Positions 63,378-64,000 of a stretch of 64,000 bases of DNA are shown here, one piece after another. Position numbers and translations under genes: made by a program. The notes beneath the pieces are model-generated. The model saw nothing but the letters and a program-made list of their open reading frames with translations, made no database searches and was not told the origin of the DNA. Positions within the stretch are counted from its first letter, which is position 1, and each line of letters starts with the position of its first letter. This stretch comes from Squalus acanthias (taxonomy: Eukaryota), in the NCBI GenBank assembly GCA_030390025.1, contig CM059438.1:68760001-68824000 (forward strand), in the 5' to 3' direction.

Positions 63378-64000
63378 GGGGTAAAAATTCAGTTGGTTGC
63401 GCCTCCCGTTAGCGCCTTAAATGGGCGCTAATGGGGCGTTAAGGCGCTAACGCCCAGGCGCAGCGCTGTTTGCGCCGCTCGAGAACTTAACTTGAGATTG
63501 TGCGGCGGCGCTAAAACTTACCGCTGCGACCACCTGCACGCGCAGATTGTGACGTCATTCCGTGGTGCAACGCCCTTGGGGCGCTCCGGAGCGGAAATTG
63601 AGTGGCGCCCCCTGCCTTACCGCCTGGCGCTTCCAACGACCGGAAGACTGGAACGTTATCAATCGGTCTGGGGCTGGGGGGGGCGCTATTTAAAGGGGGC
63701 CTCTTCCTGTCTTTTTCTGTGGTCGACATTTATGCACCACTCGTTCTGAGAGAGAGAGAGAGATTCGGAGAGAGAGAGAGAGAGAGACTTCTACATTGAC
63801 TCAACGCTTTGTGAGGTAGTTTTGACTAGTTCATCCTAACTTTGCTGCTACTTTCGTTGCTGTACCTCATTACTTTTCTGGCAAAGAGAAGATGGGGGCT
63901 GCAATGATTGGGGGCGTCGTCCTGCTCCAGCTCAATCGGAGCAGAGTGAGACGCAGACAGAGAGTGGCAATGATGGCCAGACGGAGGAGGCCCATCAGGC
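63378..64000 (+). mobile_element. Left end of another Harbinger copy of the 42978-46955 family, running out of the window
   Basis: TIR GGGGTAAAAATTCAGTTGGTTG. ATG at 63892 begins MGAAMIGGVVLLQLNRSRVRRRQRVAMMARRRRP, matching the transposase N-terminus at 46468. Confidence 0.9.

Noticed and set aside
1..64000. CRISPR array, prokaryotic defence system or TnpB/Fanzor-type RNA-guided nuclease
   Set aside because: There is no regularly spaced repeat-spacer array and no RuvC-like ORF. All long ORFs are explained by CR1, L2, RTE or Harbinger elements or their antisense frames.

Overview
This is vertebrate nuclear DNA, most likely from a cartilaginous fish (shark). That call is inferred from the repeat set: Deu-domain SacSINE1-type SINEs, many CR1 LINEs, L2, RTE, an LF-SINE-like copy and Penelope-derived palindromes. 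I recognise no host protein-coding gene, rRNA, true tRNA or CRISPR array, so the window reads as intergenic or intronic sequence filled with nested mobile elements. The dominant system is PIF/Harbinger DNA transposons. There is one nearly intact two-gene copy (42978-46955), with a DDE transposase and a convergent 3-exon Myb/SANT-like gene. Several more decayed or truncated copies and a set of non-autonomous derivatives are also present, most with readable TIRs and 3-bp TSDs. The most striking single feature is a 176-bp insertion (21241-21416) inside a CR1 RT. It is a perfect 84-bp inverted repeat with a 12-bp TSD, and it carries a complete minimal hammerhead-ribozyme core on the + strand only, consistent with a young Penelope-like retroelement derivative. 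All family names come from motif recognition by eye, not from database searches.
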